A DNA stretch of 64,000 nt from an uncultured Actinomycetota bacterium (GTDB taxonomy: Bacteria > Actinomycetota > Actinomycetes > Streptosporangiales > Streptosporangiaceae). The translations under genes were made by a program, and so were the position numbers. The stretch lies in contig CAWCZF010000004.1 of assembly GCA_963799975.1 (NCBI GenBank), positions 312,744 through 376,743 on the forward strand, given 5' to 3'. Below, piece by piece: positions 34,210 to 43,885 of the stretch. Numbering within the stretch: the stretch's first letter is position 1; each line of letters opens with the position of its first letter. The notes beneath the pieces were generated by a model that worked only from the letters and a program-made list of their open reading frames with translations, had not been told where the DNA came from and made no database searches.

Positions 34210-34282
34210 GCCGCCTTAGCTCAGTCGGTAGAGCGATTCACTCGTAATGAATAGGTCATCGGTTCGATTCCGATAGGCGGCT
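34210..34282 (+). tRNA. tRNA-Thr (anticodon CGT)
   Basis: The cloverleaf folds by hand: acceptor GCCGCCT/AGGCGGC, D-arm GCTC/GAGC, anticodon arm ATTCA-CTCGTAA-TGAAT, T-arm ATCGG-TTCGATT-CCGAT, discriminator T. CCA is not encoded. Confidence 0.93.
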
Positions 34283-34283
34283 C
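34238..34283. repeat. attL: 46-bp direct repeat (3' half of tRNA-Thr), identical to 51971-52016
   Basis: TCACTCGTAATGAATAGGTCATCGGTTCGATTCCGATAGGCGGCTC occurs at both positions with no mismatch. Confidence 0.9.
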
Positions 34284-34350
34284 CCAGCTCAAAGGCCCCC
34301 TCCGATCTTCGGAGAGGGCCTTTTGCTAACGCTCTTGCTAACAGGCGCGT

Positions 34351-35586
34351 CTACGCCGCCGTGATGGCCTTCGCGAAGACGTCCGCAGCAGCGGTCTCGG
34401 CGGATCGGATCACGTGGGCGTACACCCTCAAGGTGATGGCCGGGTCACCGTGCCCGAGCCTTGCGGCGACGACGTGGACCGGGACTCCGGCCAGGAGGAG
34501 CGTCGTGGCGTGGATGTGGCGCAGGTCGTGCAGGCGTGCGTACGGCAGCAGTTCCGCCGGAGGCTCCCCCTCCTTCGGGTCGTTGTGCGCGTTGATGAGC
34601 TTGCGTGGAAGCGCCGTCACGGTGTCCGGGTAAATCGGGTCGCCCCAGCTCGTTGCGAAGACGTGGCCGTCCTTTTCGCCCCGCCACGATTCACCGGCGA
34701 GGAGCTTGTCAGCCGACTGCGTCTTGTGGTGCTCGCGAAGAACGGTGACCGTCTCCTCATCGATGCTGACGATGCGTTTTCTTCCGCTCTTTGTCGTCCC
34801 TTCCAGCCTCTCCCCCTCGACCACGCCTGCCGAGCCCGTGATGGTGATCTGCTTGCCGTCCAGGTCGACGTCGTTCCAGCGGAGATTGAGCAGTTCGCCC
34901 CGTCGCGCGCCCGTGTAGGCGGCCACATGGAAGAAGGCGAACAGCCGATGACGTCGCGCGATGGACAGAAAGGTCCTTAGCTCGGCAGGCGTCCAGACGG
35001 TCCCGGGCTCCGCCGCGCGAACACGTGGCCGCTTCGCCCGCTCGACCGGTGAGGTGTCGATGAGCTGATCGACTACGACCGCGTCACGGAACGCACGGCG
35101 AAGGATCGCGTGCGTGTGCACGACGGTCGCCACCGCGAGTGGTCCTCCGTTCCGGCCGCCTCCCTTGAGGAGGTCCAGGTAGAGCTTGGTGATGGCGGAG
35201 GGGCGGACGGCCTGGAGCTTCAGGCCGCCGATGTACGGATTGACGTAGAGCCGGATGCCCTTGCGGTAGTCCTCAAGCGTCCCCGGCTTGATCTCCATGG
35301 CGTGGCTGTCGAGCCACTGGCCGAGGTACTCGGCGACAGTGATCTCATTCCGGTCGATGTACTCGCCGCGGCGTGCCTTGACGCGCGCTTCGTCGCGGGC
35401 GGCCTTGGCTTCCTCCTCGCTGGGGAACCCGCCCACCCAACGCGGACGGCTCGCGCCGGTCTCGGGGTCCTTGACGCGGATGACGTAGGACCAGGTGTTG
35501 CCGCGCTTCATGACGCCGTCGCGAAGCTTGGGCTTGCTCTTCCTGGTCCGCTTGCGGTTGTTCGGTCCTTCGGGGGTCGTGGTCAT
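34351..35586 (-). CDS. int: tyrosine-type site-specific integrase
   Basis: Intact 411-aa ORF next to the tRNA. It has an N-terminal SAM-like domain, ...AAYTGARRGELLNLRW.DVDL..., ...LHDLRHIHATTLLLAGVPVHVVAARLGH.DPAITLRVYAHV (R..HxxR..Y catalytic set). Confidence 0.93.
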   Translation of the reverse strand: MTTTPEGPNNRKRTRKSKPKLRDGVMKRGNTWSYVIRVKDPETGASRPRWVGGFPSEEEAKAARDEARVKARRGEYIDRNEITVAEYLGQWLDSHAMEIKPGTLEDYRKGIRLYVNPYIGGLKLQAVRPSAITKLYLDLLKGGGRNGGPLAVATVVHTHAILRRAFRDAVVVDQLIDTSPVERAKRPRVRAAEPGTVWTPAELRTFLSIARRHRLFAFFHVAAYTGARRGELLNLRWNDVDLDGKQITITGSAGVVEGERLEGTTKSGRKRIVSIDEETVTVLREHHKTQSADKLLAGESWRGEKDGHVFATSWGDPIYPDTVTALPRKLINAHNDPKEGEPPAELLPYARLHDLRHIHATTLLLAGVPVHVVAARLGHGDPAITLRVYAHVIRSAETAAADVFAKAITAA

Positions 35587-35765
35587 CAGGCGGCCTCTTC
35601 CATGAGCTGGTCGATGTAGGAGGTGAGTGCGCGGTAGGGCACGCGGCGTGAGCCACCGATGCGGAGTGAGGCGATGGCGCCGGCCTTGATGAGCTCGTAG
35701 AGCTTGCTGCGGGAGATGCCGAGCGCGGCGGCGGCTTCGGGCACGGTGAGCAGGAGCTTCGTCAT
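35586..35765 (-). CDS. xis: excisionase / MerR-type HTH DNA-binding protein
   Basis: 59-aa MTKLLLTVPEAAAALGISRSKLYELIKAGAIASLRIGGSRRVPYRALTSYI. The stop overlaps the int ATG. The ATG at 35763-35765 overlaps the presumed repSA stop. Confidence 0.8.
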   Translation of the reverse strand: MTKLLLTVPEAAAALGISRSKLYELIKAGAIASLRIGGSRRVPYRALTSYIDQLMEEAA

Positions 35766-37164
35766 GCGGCGGCCTGTTCGACAGCGCCGGGAGTAAGTGG
35801 TGGCAGCGGTCTGCCGCTGAGTGCGGCAGATGAGGAAGGCTTCGCCGGGGGTGTGGCCTCGTCCGGCGTATTGCCAGTGGGCGACGATGAGGACTTGGTC
35901 CTCGTCGGTGAGGGGGAGTCGGCCGGTGGTGATGTGGTGTTCGCGCTGGTTGTGGGCGCTCGGGCGGTGCGGAGTGCGCCGAGGGTGGTGGAGTATCGGC
36001 GGGATTTGGTGGAGAAGTGGCCGCGGAAGCCGAGCATGTGGGACCACTCGGTGAGGCGGAGGTCTGCGAGTTCGGGCAGGCCGCCGAGGCGGTGGCATTC
36101 GGTGATCAGTCGGCGTGGGTGGTCGCGGAGGCCGAGCCGGTTGAGGTCGTCGGTGGGTCGTATGGGGCGGTCGAGGGTGCCGACGCATTCGGCGGCTTTG
36201 GTGGCGTACTTGGCGATGTAGCCGGCGACGGCTTGGTCGGTGAGTTCGCCGGTGGTGGTGATGGGGCGTACGTCGACCTGGTCGCCCCAGGCGAGGCACG
36301 CGTGAGGTGAAGGTGTCGGCGGCCGGGGTGTTGACGGTTACGGCTTGGGCCGCGTGCCGTACGGCCCCGTCGAGGACATCGGCCGTCGCCCAGCCCGGGG
36401 CGGTTGTCGTGGGCCCGTCTGGTCCGTCGAAGCGGATGACGGCGTGGAAGTGGACGACGCCGCGCCGCTGGTATTCGGCGACCTTGGCGAAGGAGACGGT
36501 CAGGATGTCCCGCAGCTCGCGGGCGGTCAGGCCCGCGGATTTGGCGACGTGTCGGCGGAGTGCGAGGGTGAAGCGGCGCCATAGTTCGGGGGCGAGTGAG
36601 TTGAACAGGACCGAGCCGGAATAGTCGTAGCAGTCCGGGCAGAGCGGCTCGCCGAGGCGGGGATCGTCGGTGCCGTGTCGTTCGGTGCAGGACTGCGGGC
36701 GTCCGTGCGGGCAGGGGCCGAGGTCACGGCGAGGGCGGCACGGGCGGAGTGTGGCCGTTGTGTTGCCGTCGCGTGTGGACGGGTCCGAAGGATGGGGCGG
36801 TCAGGGTGGCGAAGACGGCGGGGTGGTCGGTGACGGTGGCGGGTATGCCTTTGCCGCCGACGAGGCCGGCGCGGACGAGTTGGTAGGTGTCGGCTCGGTA
36901 GGTCTCGGCGCAGGAGGGGCAGCGGGATGCGCGGCGTGTCTTGCAGGCGACGCGGAGTACGCCGTCCGGCTCGTGGTCGGTGGAGTAGCGGTGCAGGACG
37001 GTGCCGGTCAGCGGGTCGTGGTGTTCGATGCGGCCGCGGAGGTGGATGGGTTGTGCGCATCCGCCGGTCCGCTGGATCTGGGCGGCCCATCGCTGGTAGT
37101 CCGGGGCGGTGGCCCGGCGGGCGATGTCGCGGAGGGTCAGCGGGGACGGGACGGCAGCGGGCAA
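35762..37164 (-). pseudogene. repSA: RepSA-type AICE replication initiator; at least 4 frame interruptions as given
   Basis: Segments in three frames: ...TLRDIARRATAPDYQRWAAQIQRTGGCAQPIHLRGR...CKTRRASRCPSCAETYR / ...GEPLCPDCYDYSGSVLFN...VAEYQRRGVVHFHAVIRFDG / ...WGDQVDVRPI...AGYIAKYATK / ...MLGFRGHFSTKSRRYSTTLGALR / ...LIVAHWQYAGRGH. Confidence 0.8.
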
Positions 37165-37260
37165 GATTGACCGGTCTCCTGTCGTTGTGAAGCGGTGGAG
37201 ATGGCCCCCGACGTGGCGCGGAACTTGGCGGTTGTGCGGCCACGCCGGGGGCGCAGGGCG

Positions 37261-37389
37261 TCAGCAGAAGCCGAGGCCCTCGCAGTGCTCGCAGGTCCGG
37301 CCGTAGGAGTCGAGTCCTCCGCCGCCGCAGTGGCAGCACTGGTAGGTCTCGATGGGCGGGACGTGGGCGGGTCGCGGGTCGGTACTCAT
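37261..37389 (-). CDS. 42-aa Cys-rich zinc-ribbon protein (CxxCxGxG, DnaJ-finger-like); below the ORF-track size cut-off
   Basis: Hand translation: MSTDPRPAHVPPIETYQCCHCGGGGLDSYGRTCEHCEGLGFC. The ATG overlaps the stop of the upstream gene (ATGA). Small genes like this are common in AICE backbones. Confidence 0.5.
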   Translation of the reverse strand: MSTDPRPAHVPPIETYQCCHCGGGGLDSYGRTCEHCEGLGFC

Positions 37390-37754
37390 CAGGCGGCAGC
37401 GGCCTCGTGCTCGAAGGTCGGGGCGTAGGTCATGAGCGCCTGATGGGCGGCTCGGCGGCGCGCGGGGATGTGAACGGCGCTGTAGGTGATCCGGCCGAAG
37501 GTCTTGGCGACCGTGTAGTGGCCGCCGTCCGCGGTGTCGTCGGTGACGGTCTCGCCGAGTGCGGCGGCGATGGTGTCGATCTCGGCCCGCTCGGTCGCGT
37601 CGTCTTCGCTGCGGGCGAAGACGGTGTAGTCCTCTCCGAACTCGCGGACGGGGACACCGGGGTTGGCCTCAAGGAAGTCGGCCAGGGCGCGGAGGCCGGC
37701 GATGGTCTGGGTACGGGCGAACAGGTCATCGGGGAAGATCGGCTGTGTGGTCAT
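37389..37754 (-). CDS. hypothetical AICE backbone protein
   Basis: 121-aa ORF with acidic, non-repetitive composition (MTTQPIFPDDLFARTQTIAGLRALADFLEANPGVPV...). It sits in the operon chain. Confidence 0.5.
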   Translation of the reverse strand: MTTQPIFPDDLFARTQTIAGLRALADFLEANPGVPVREFGEDYTVFARSEDDATERAEIDTIAAALGETVTDDTADGGHYTVAKTFGRITYSAVHIPARRRAAHQALMTYAPTFEHEAAAA

Positions 37755-37763
37755 CTGGTTCCT

Positions 37764-38484
37764 TCAGGCGGTTCGGATTTGGCGGAGCAGGTCGGAGGCG
37801 AGTTGGTTGGAGACGCCGAGGCGGGCGCGTAGGGCGTCGCGGGTGATCGGCCGTCCGTGGTGGCTCTGGTGTTCGTCGGCGACCCGGCGGGCGAAGGTGA
37901 GGAGTTCGGCCGCCGGGTGCCGGGACGCGGCGCGTCGTCGGCGCCGCTTGATCGTCCGCATCGTTTCGTCGCCTGCTCGGCCGCGTCGTCCTGCTCGTCC
38001 GCTTGGTCGTCCTGCTCGTCCGGGACGGGGATGGGGGCCGGGGACGGCCGTCCGAAGGAGGGCGGGACGGGGGACGATGCCGCCGTGGTGGTGGCCGGGG
38101 TGCGGCCGGTGGAGCGGCGTTCGAGCATCGAGACGGCGACGAGGAAGGCACCGGCCGGGGTGCCGGCGGTGAGCCATCCCCAGGTGGTCGGCTGGGCTTG
38201 GTCGAGGTTGGCGGCCAGGGACAGGACGATGCCGCCGACCAGGACGAGCGTGGGCCAGGACAGCCCGCGTACGGCCGGTGGGTACGTTTGTCGCGTTGGC
38301 GTTCGCGTGCGGCCATGACGCAGGTCAGGTCGATGCAGATGGCGATGGCCCAGGCCATCCAGCCGTGTTGTCCGTGCTGGTCGGCGGTGTCGCGGATGTG
38401 GGTGAACGATCCAGCGGCGGCGATCGAGGCCAGGACGAGCATCGGCCCGGAGTCCGCGGCGATCTCGGCCAGGCGGGGCAGCAT
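37764..38484 (-). pseudogene. DUF2637-type membrane protein (Spd-like spread protein) with C-terminal HTH-like tail; two frame interruptions
   Basis: MLPRLAEIAADSGPMLVLASIAAAGSFTHIRDTADQHGQHGWMAWAIAICIDLTCVMAA... / ...WGWLTAGTPAGAFLVAVSMLERR... / ...LLTFARRVADEHQSHHGRPITRDALRARLGVSNQLASDLLRQIR. Confidence 0.6.
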
Positions 38485-38742
38485 CAGGCCGCCCACGGGT
38501 CGAGCACCTCGGCGAGCAGGGCGGCGAGTTCGGCGGTCACAGTGGTGTGTCTCGGCCCAGGTGTGCGCCTGCTCGAACCGGTCGGTGAACAGCCATTCCA
38601 TGCAGCGTTCGCACACTGCGGCGTACAGGCCGCGTCCCTCGTCCCACTCGACCGAGACGGGACCGGCCGGGGTCGGACCGGGACCGGGCACGGACGGACG
38701 GGGACGGCGAGGACGAAGCTTGATGATCTTGGCCAGTGCCAT
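38484..38742 (-). pseudogene. small hypothetical AICE protein (Cys/His-containing); probably ends at the TGA at 38484-38486 after a 1-nt shift
   Basis: AGGAG RBS, then ATG at 38740-38742: MALAKIIKLRPRR...VSVEWDEGRGLYAAVCERCMEWLFTDRFEQAHTWAETHHC. The alternate frame gives ...AELAALLAEVLDPWAA with a stop overlapping the next ATG. Confidence 0.4.
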
Positions 38743-38819
38743 GAGGACTCCTGTTTTCGGGCATGCGTCGGCTGGGGAGTTGGCGCGGGGGGGTGCGCCG
38801 GGCGGTTGGGGGGAGGGGG

Positions 38820-40172
38820 TTATGCGGCTTCGTCGTGGCCGGTGGCCGTCAGCTCGGCCCAGGGGCGCGCGAGGTGGGCGAAGCGCCGGGCGGCGCGTTC
38901 GGCCGCTTCCTCGCTGACGTAGACGGACCGGGCGCGATGCCAACTGCCGTCCTGTCCGGCGATGACCGCGACGCCGGGCATCTCGGCGGGGATCTGCCGG
39001 GCGGCCTCCAGCGCGGCCGGGTCCATGTCGCCCAGCGTCATGTTCGCCGTCTCGGGATCGTTCACGCGGTGGCAGATACGGCCCGGAGAGCTGGGATCGA
39101 AGGGCGGTCACACCGGGGCCGAGGTCGGAGCCGATCCGCTGGCCGCAGATCATCAGGTACACCCCGAAGGCGCGGCCGAGTTGCGCCACCCGGAGCAGTG
39201 CGGTCGCGGCCCGGGATACCTCTTCTTTCTGGCTCTTGTCGGCCATCAGGAACAGTTCGGCGACCTCGTCCACCAGGACCACGACCGGGGTCCGGCCGCA
39301 GGTGCTCGGGGAGTTTCCAGATGTTGCGGGCGCCATGGGTCCGGCAGAGCGCCATCCGTACGGTGACGATCTGGACGAGGTCATCGAGGAGCCCGACGCA
39401 TTCGGTACGGGTGGTGGCCAGCGCGGACAGCCGCGGAGCGTACGGGGTGAACTCGACGCCGCCCTTGAGGTCGAAGCCGACGAGGGCGATCGGCTGGGGC
39501 GCGAGTCCCTTGATGATGGCGTTGGCCAGGTTCGACTTGCCGGATTGGGTCGCTCCGGCGTTCAGCCAGTGCGGGCACGGTCCGGAAGTCCATGACCCAC
39601 GGTTGGCCGTTCTCCAGACGGCCAGGTCGTACGGTCAGCAGCTCTCCTGTCTCCGGGGCGATGTCGACCACGCGTCAGCGGGTCGCGCATGGTGGCGAGC
39701 AGCAGCGACGCGGCCCGGCTTGGACTTGACGACCCGTACGGCGTGGACCCGCCAGGCGTGCGCGAGCCGTTCGGCGACCTTGGCGTAGTCGTCGGGGACC
39801 TGGCCGTCGAGCAGCTTGACCCAGACCCGCCAGCCCAGCCGTGTCGGCCGCAGCACCCACAGCGGGGGAGCCTTCTCGACGAGGACGCTCCGGAGACGAC
39901 GCCGCTCGACACACGGCCGCCACGTCTCTCGCCGATCGCGACATCGAACCCGCGAGCGGTACCGAGTCCAGGCCGAGACGCCAGCGCCGCCGCTTGCAGG
40001 ACAGGCCACAGCCGACGGCGACGTGCGACCAGGTCAGGTAGACGAGTACGGCCTTGACCGGGAACTCAATGACGTACCAGAAGGAGCGAGGCAGCCACCG
40101 CCGCCACGCCCAGCCCCCGGCCGCCGAAGCGGCCAGGGCACCGAGAGCGACGACGATCGTCGTGTGGTTCAC
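38820..40172 (-). pseudogene. traB: FtsK/SpoIIIE-family dsDNA translocase (TraB/TraSA-type conjugative transfer protein); at least 5 frame interruptions
   Basis: N-terminal TM region (VNHTTIVVALGALAASAAGGWAW...). Walker A HWLNAGATQSGKSNLANAII. ...VVVLVDEVAELF... (Walker B). ...FGVYLMICGQR...TALRSQLSG... C-terminus ...ICHRVNDPETANMTLGD.... Confidence 0.8.
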
Positions 40173-40183
40173 GGTCGATCGTG

Positions 40184-40524
40184 TCAGGCCGCAGCCTGGC
40201 CGGCGGCGCGCCGCGAGTGATCGAGTCGGCCCGGTAGGCGATCCCCGAGCGCGTGACCCCGTCGCGGGTCTGCTCCCAGGGGAAGGCCGTGAGCTTGAAC
40301 GGCGTGACGATCTGGCCGACCTGCACCGCCGGGTCACCGGAGATGGCGACGTTGATCAGTTCGACCCGCCCCGACTCGTTCGCGGCCGAGAGGCCCACCT
40401 GATAGACGGTCTGGCCGTTCCGGTCGACCTTCACCTCACCGGTGTCCTGGTTGACGAGCTTCGGGCGAGGGGCCGCCACGCATACGAACGAGAGTGCCGC
40501 GGTGTCTACCGGGATGTTCCGCAA
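40184..40524 (-). pseudogene. pra: Pra-type 'replication, integration and excision activator' protein; the listed ORF runs on to 40066, but a shifted frame ends at the TGA at 40184-40186 just before the traB GTG
   Basis: MRNIPVDTAALSFVCVAAPRPKLVNQDTGEVKVDRNGQTVYQVGLSAANESGRVELINVAISGDP...FPWEQTRDGVTRSGIAYRADSI. Position (between korSA and traB) and size match pSAM2 pra. Confidence 0.55.
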
Positions 40525-40555
40525 TCCGATCTCCCTGCTTCGATCGGATCAATAT

Positions 40556-40579
40556 ACTTAGTAGGTTAACGTACTAAGT
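40556..40579. promoter_or_regulatory. 24-bp near-perfect palindrome ACTTAGTAgGTTAACgTACTAAGT in the pra / korSA divergent promoter region; candidate GntR (KorSA) operator
   Basis: Read directly. 8-bp perfect outer arms plus a central GTTAAC. It lies 39 nt upstream of the korSA ATG. Confidence 0.5.
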
Positions 40580-40617
40580 AGTGATGGTCTACTATGGACG
40601 TGAAGAAGGGAGAGTGA

Positions 40618-41362
40618 TGGCGATCACACAACCCCGGTACGCGCAAGTGGCAGACGTGCTGCGCGACCGGATCAACGCCGGGACGTACGAACCCGGTGAT
40701 CAGCTTCCGTCCCAGCGCGAGCTAAGGGAGGAGTTCGATATCTCCGTCCCGACCGCGAAGGCCGCGATCTCGCAGCTCGTCAGCGAGGGACTCGTCTACG
40801 CCCACCAGGGGCGAGGCGTGTTCGTGCGGGAGACGAAGGAGCTACTTAGGTTCGCCGGCGGTCGCTACGGCCTGGCCGGCACGCCGAACGCTCGCGAAGA
40901 AGAGGCCAGCGGTATCGAGCTGGACGTCCGCGCCGAACATCGACAGGTCCAGGCCACACCCGAAGTCGCGGCAAGGCTGGAGATCGAGCCGGGCGACATG
41001 TGCAGCGAAGCCGTCTACTCGTGGTACCTGGACGGCGAACCGGTCATGATCAGCACCCAGTGGGAGCCACTCGCCATGACCCGCGAGAACCGAGATCGAG
41101 ACGCCCGCCGGCGGGGAGCGCGGCGAACCGGACGTGATCACGCGGTTCGGCAAGATCGGCATCACCGTGAAGAAGACCCGCGAGGACATCCGGACCCGGA
41201 TGCCGACCCCGGACGAGGCCCACACGCTCAAGACCCCCAGCGGGGTGCCGGTCTTCTACATTCAGCGCACTCACTACGCCAGACGTCCCGGTGGAAACCG
41301 CGGACATCGTCATGCGAGGGGACTCGTTCGTCGTCCGTAACGAACAAGCCATCCCCCTCTAA
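40618..41362 (+). pseudogene. korSA: GntR/HutC-family transcriptional repressor (KorSA-type) with UTRA domain; two frame interruptions (near 41085 and 41285)
   Basis: MAITQPRYAQVADVLRDRINAGTYEPGDQLPSQRELREEFDISVPTAKAAISQLVSEGLVYAHQGRGVFV (wHTH). The UTRA part continues in shifted frames (...ITRFGKIGITVKKTREDIRTRMPTPDEAHTLK.P.GVPVFYIQRT.Y...). Confidence 0.8.
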
Positions 41363-41716
41363 CCAAACGCGCAGACAGGGGCCGTGACGCGATCCAGTTC
41401 AGCGATCGTCCCGGCCTCGTCCTTCGCCAATCCCTGATTATGTACCTCAGAGCAAAGACAGGAAATGCGGAGAGTCATCATTATGAACCCGAGCGCCGTA
41501 CCCCGAAGATGCCCACACCATCGCCGATCGCTTGGTGAAAGCCTGCCAAGCCCAGGGCTTGAGCGCCGCCATACTCAGCCCGACACGTATCAAGGTGAGC
41601 CTGCCGAAGGCCCACCACCACCTCGCCGAAGTCATCAAGATCATGCCCGACGAGGACGAGAACCTCGTCCCTCTACTGGAGCTGGGACGAACGCATCTGC
41701 CCGGCTAGCGAGATCG

Positions 41717-41992
41717 ATGAGAGCGGTCAAAGTCGATCAAGCACGTCGTCACGCCGCCCCTTCGCTCCCAGTTCTGATGACCGCCGAAGAGAACGAACTG
41801 GCACGCGCCGTACGCGAGTTCAACGCAGCCGTCGACTCACTGACGTGGCCCGGAGTGAGCTGGATAGCCGAACTCGCACAGCTCAAGATCCTCATCACCA
41901 AGTACCCCGACCACGCTCGGCAGCTACTCGGCGAGCAACCGCCGGCTACCGCCAACACACCGGGAGTGAGCTGGAACCACCACCCCGGCTGA
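41717..41992 (+). CDS. hypothetical protein (start uncertain; ATG at 41777 also possible)
   Basis: The tail of ORF 41465..41992 is protein-like (MTAEENELARAVREFNAAVDSLTWPGVSWIAELAQLKILITKYPDHARQLLGE). No family was recognised. Confidence 0.3.
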   Translation: MRAVKVDQARRHAAPSLPVLMTAEENELARAVREFNAAVDSLTWPGVSWIAELAQLKILITKYPDHARQLLGEQPPATANTPGVSWNHHPG

Positions 41993-42294
41993 ATGCAGCA
42001 CGGTTCTCGTGTCGTCGGCGTGTGGGACGACCGGGTGATCGAGACCCTTGATCCCCGGTCGGCCCCCGCGCCTGAAATGGCGGACGAGTTGGACTCCGAG
42101 TCCAGACCGGCGAGCACGGAATTAGTACACGTCATCGCCAAGGACCGTGCGCGTAGCCGTACCTCAAGAGCGACGATCCGCAGAGTCTGGGAGGTGCCGC
42201 TCAGCACCCTTGCCGCCGAAACGTTCTCCCACGCCGGTTCGATCCACCGTCGCACACCTGGTTTGAATCCCTCCGACCAGATTGGCCTACCGCA

Positions 42295-42661
42295 ATGCTC
42301 TCCCCATCGTCGGACTCCCCTGACGACCAGTTACTACGACCGAACGAAGCAGCCGAACTCTTAGGCGTCCTACCACACCAGCGTCGCGAAGTGGGCAAGA
42401 GCCGGAAGACTACGGCCCTCCTTCACCCCCGGCGGCCATCGCCGCTACCGACTGGCCGACGTCCGCGAACTCCTCAACCTCAACGAAATAACGCCAGAGC
42501 AACGCCAACTCGAACAGGACGCGGTCAGGCTGTACGAACAGGGCTGGAGCATCCGCCAAGTCGCCGCCCAGTTCGGAACCACCTACGGCACCATGCGCAG
42601 ACTCCTCCTCAGACACAAAACGCTGAGGTCGCGGAGCACCCCACGGCCCGAACGCCCGTAG
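42295..42661 (+). pseudogene. excisionase-family (MerR-like) HTH plus second HTH DNA-binding protein; one frame interruption near 42368
   Basis: ...DDQLLRPNEAAELLGV / YHTSVAKWARAGRLRPSFTPGGHRRYRLADVRELL...QDAVRLYEQGWSIRQVAAQFGTTYGTMRRLLLRH. Stop at 42659-42661. Confidence 0.55.
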
Positions 42662-42673
42662 CGGACCGGGCGC

Positions 42674-43772
42674 TCAGCCACAATGACGCGTGACGGTCGA
42701 TACCGCGTCGTCGAGGCCGCCTCCAGTCGCGTCCATGACGGCGTCCACGGACCAGGAGAGCGTGCGGCCGTCCTGTGTCAATTCCAAGGTGAGGCCGGCT
42801 TCGAAGCGGGTGGCGAACAGTGCGAAGTCCGCCGCCGGAACCGCTTGGTGGACGGCGTCGAGCAACGCGGCCGCGAAGTCGTCGCGTTGGGCCCTGGCTG
42901 CCAAGTCGCACTCGCGCAGGGCGGCGGCGACCGCGGCGCTGGCCGGGTCGTAGGCCGACAGGTGGGGCAGCGACGCCGGGTCGCGTAGACACGCGGCAGC
43001 GTCCAGGCCCCAGGAGCGGACGCCCTCCTCCGCGTCGAGCGACTCGATGAGCGGAGCCGTGGCCCGGGGGTCGCCCGCCTGGCCAGCCGAAGACCGCCTC
43101 CTCGTGGACGGCGCGGCTGTCATCGCGGATGCGCGCCCACAAGGCGGCGCGCGCGGCAGGGGTGTCGACGGCCAGTTGGCTGCCCAGGCCGAACGTCGCC
43201 CAGTCGCGCACATCGGCATCCGGGTCTCCAGTCAGGCGCACCAGCACGTCGACCTCGATGCCGCCGAAGTCGCCGGTGGCCACGGCGGGCAGCGCCTGGG
43301 CCACCTGGCAGCGAACGTCCGCGCCAGGGTGCCCGGCCAGACTCACCAGGACCGAGATCGCCCGTTCGTCGGCCGTACGGCCGAGGGCGCGAGCCAGGGA
43401 CCAGGCGACGTCGGTATCGGTCTCCGGCGCCAAGCCCAGCAACGCGGATGCGGCCTCCTCGCGTACGGACTCGTGTCGGTCACTCGCGCAACCCAGGAGA
43501 TCGCAGCCGACCGAGCGGGTCACCGGATCGGGTGAGCCGAGCATCCCGACGCCGTGCCGCAGCGACGCTTCGCCGTCCTCCGCGACCTGGCCGAGGATCT
43601 GCCAGACGGCGTCGTACTCCTCTGGGTCCGTGACATCACGCGCCACCTCACGGCCCGCGTGACCCGAACGTCGATTGCCGGCTGCGTTCTCTCGCGAGGT
43701 CGAGCGAACTCCGTCGATCCCCGGCCGGACACCGCGACCGCACCCCATTAACGCAGACACCGGCTCGCCCAT
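42674..43772 (-). pseudogene. HEAT-repeat (PBS-lyase-type) protein; one frame interruption near 43085; start uncertain
   Basis: Repeated D.D..VR..A...LG units (SPDPVTRSVGCDLLG, HPGADVRCQVAQALP, DPDADVRDWATFGLG). The C-terminal part continues in ORF 42674..43219 (..GDPRATAPLIESLDAEEGVRSWGLDAAACL...). Confidence 0.6.
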
Positions 43773-43885
43773 CGAGAAACCGCAGCGAAGCCGAACCAGC
43801 ACCTATAAAGCATCAGGTGGGACTGAAGTGACAAGCATCTACCGGGACAGGACAGGCTTACGGGGCGCGTGGATGAGGACTTTCT

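Noticed and set aside
41993-42364. 123-aa ORF (plus) and 168-aa ORF 41749..42255 (minus) as island genes.
   Set aside because: The translations are Ser/Arg/Thr/Pro-rich without motifs. The 3' part of the plus ORF overlaps the better-supported HTH gene frame. The region may hold a short real gene, but I cannot define it.
42609-43802. Using the full 397-aa listed ORF as the HEAT protein.
   Set aside because: After ~250 aa the translation turns into Arg/Gly/Pro junk, while ORF 42674..43219 continues the HEAT-like sequence. The listed ORF is a frame-shifted read-through.
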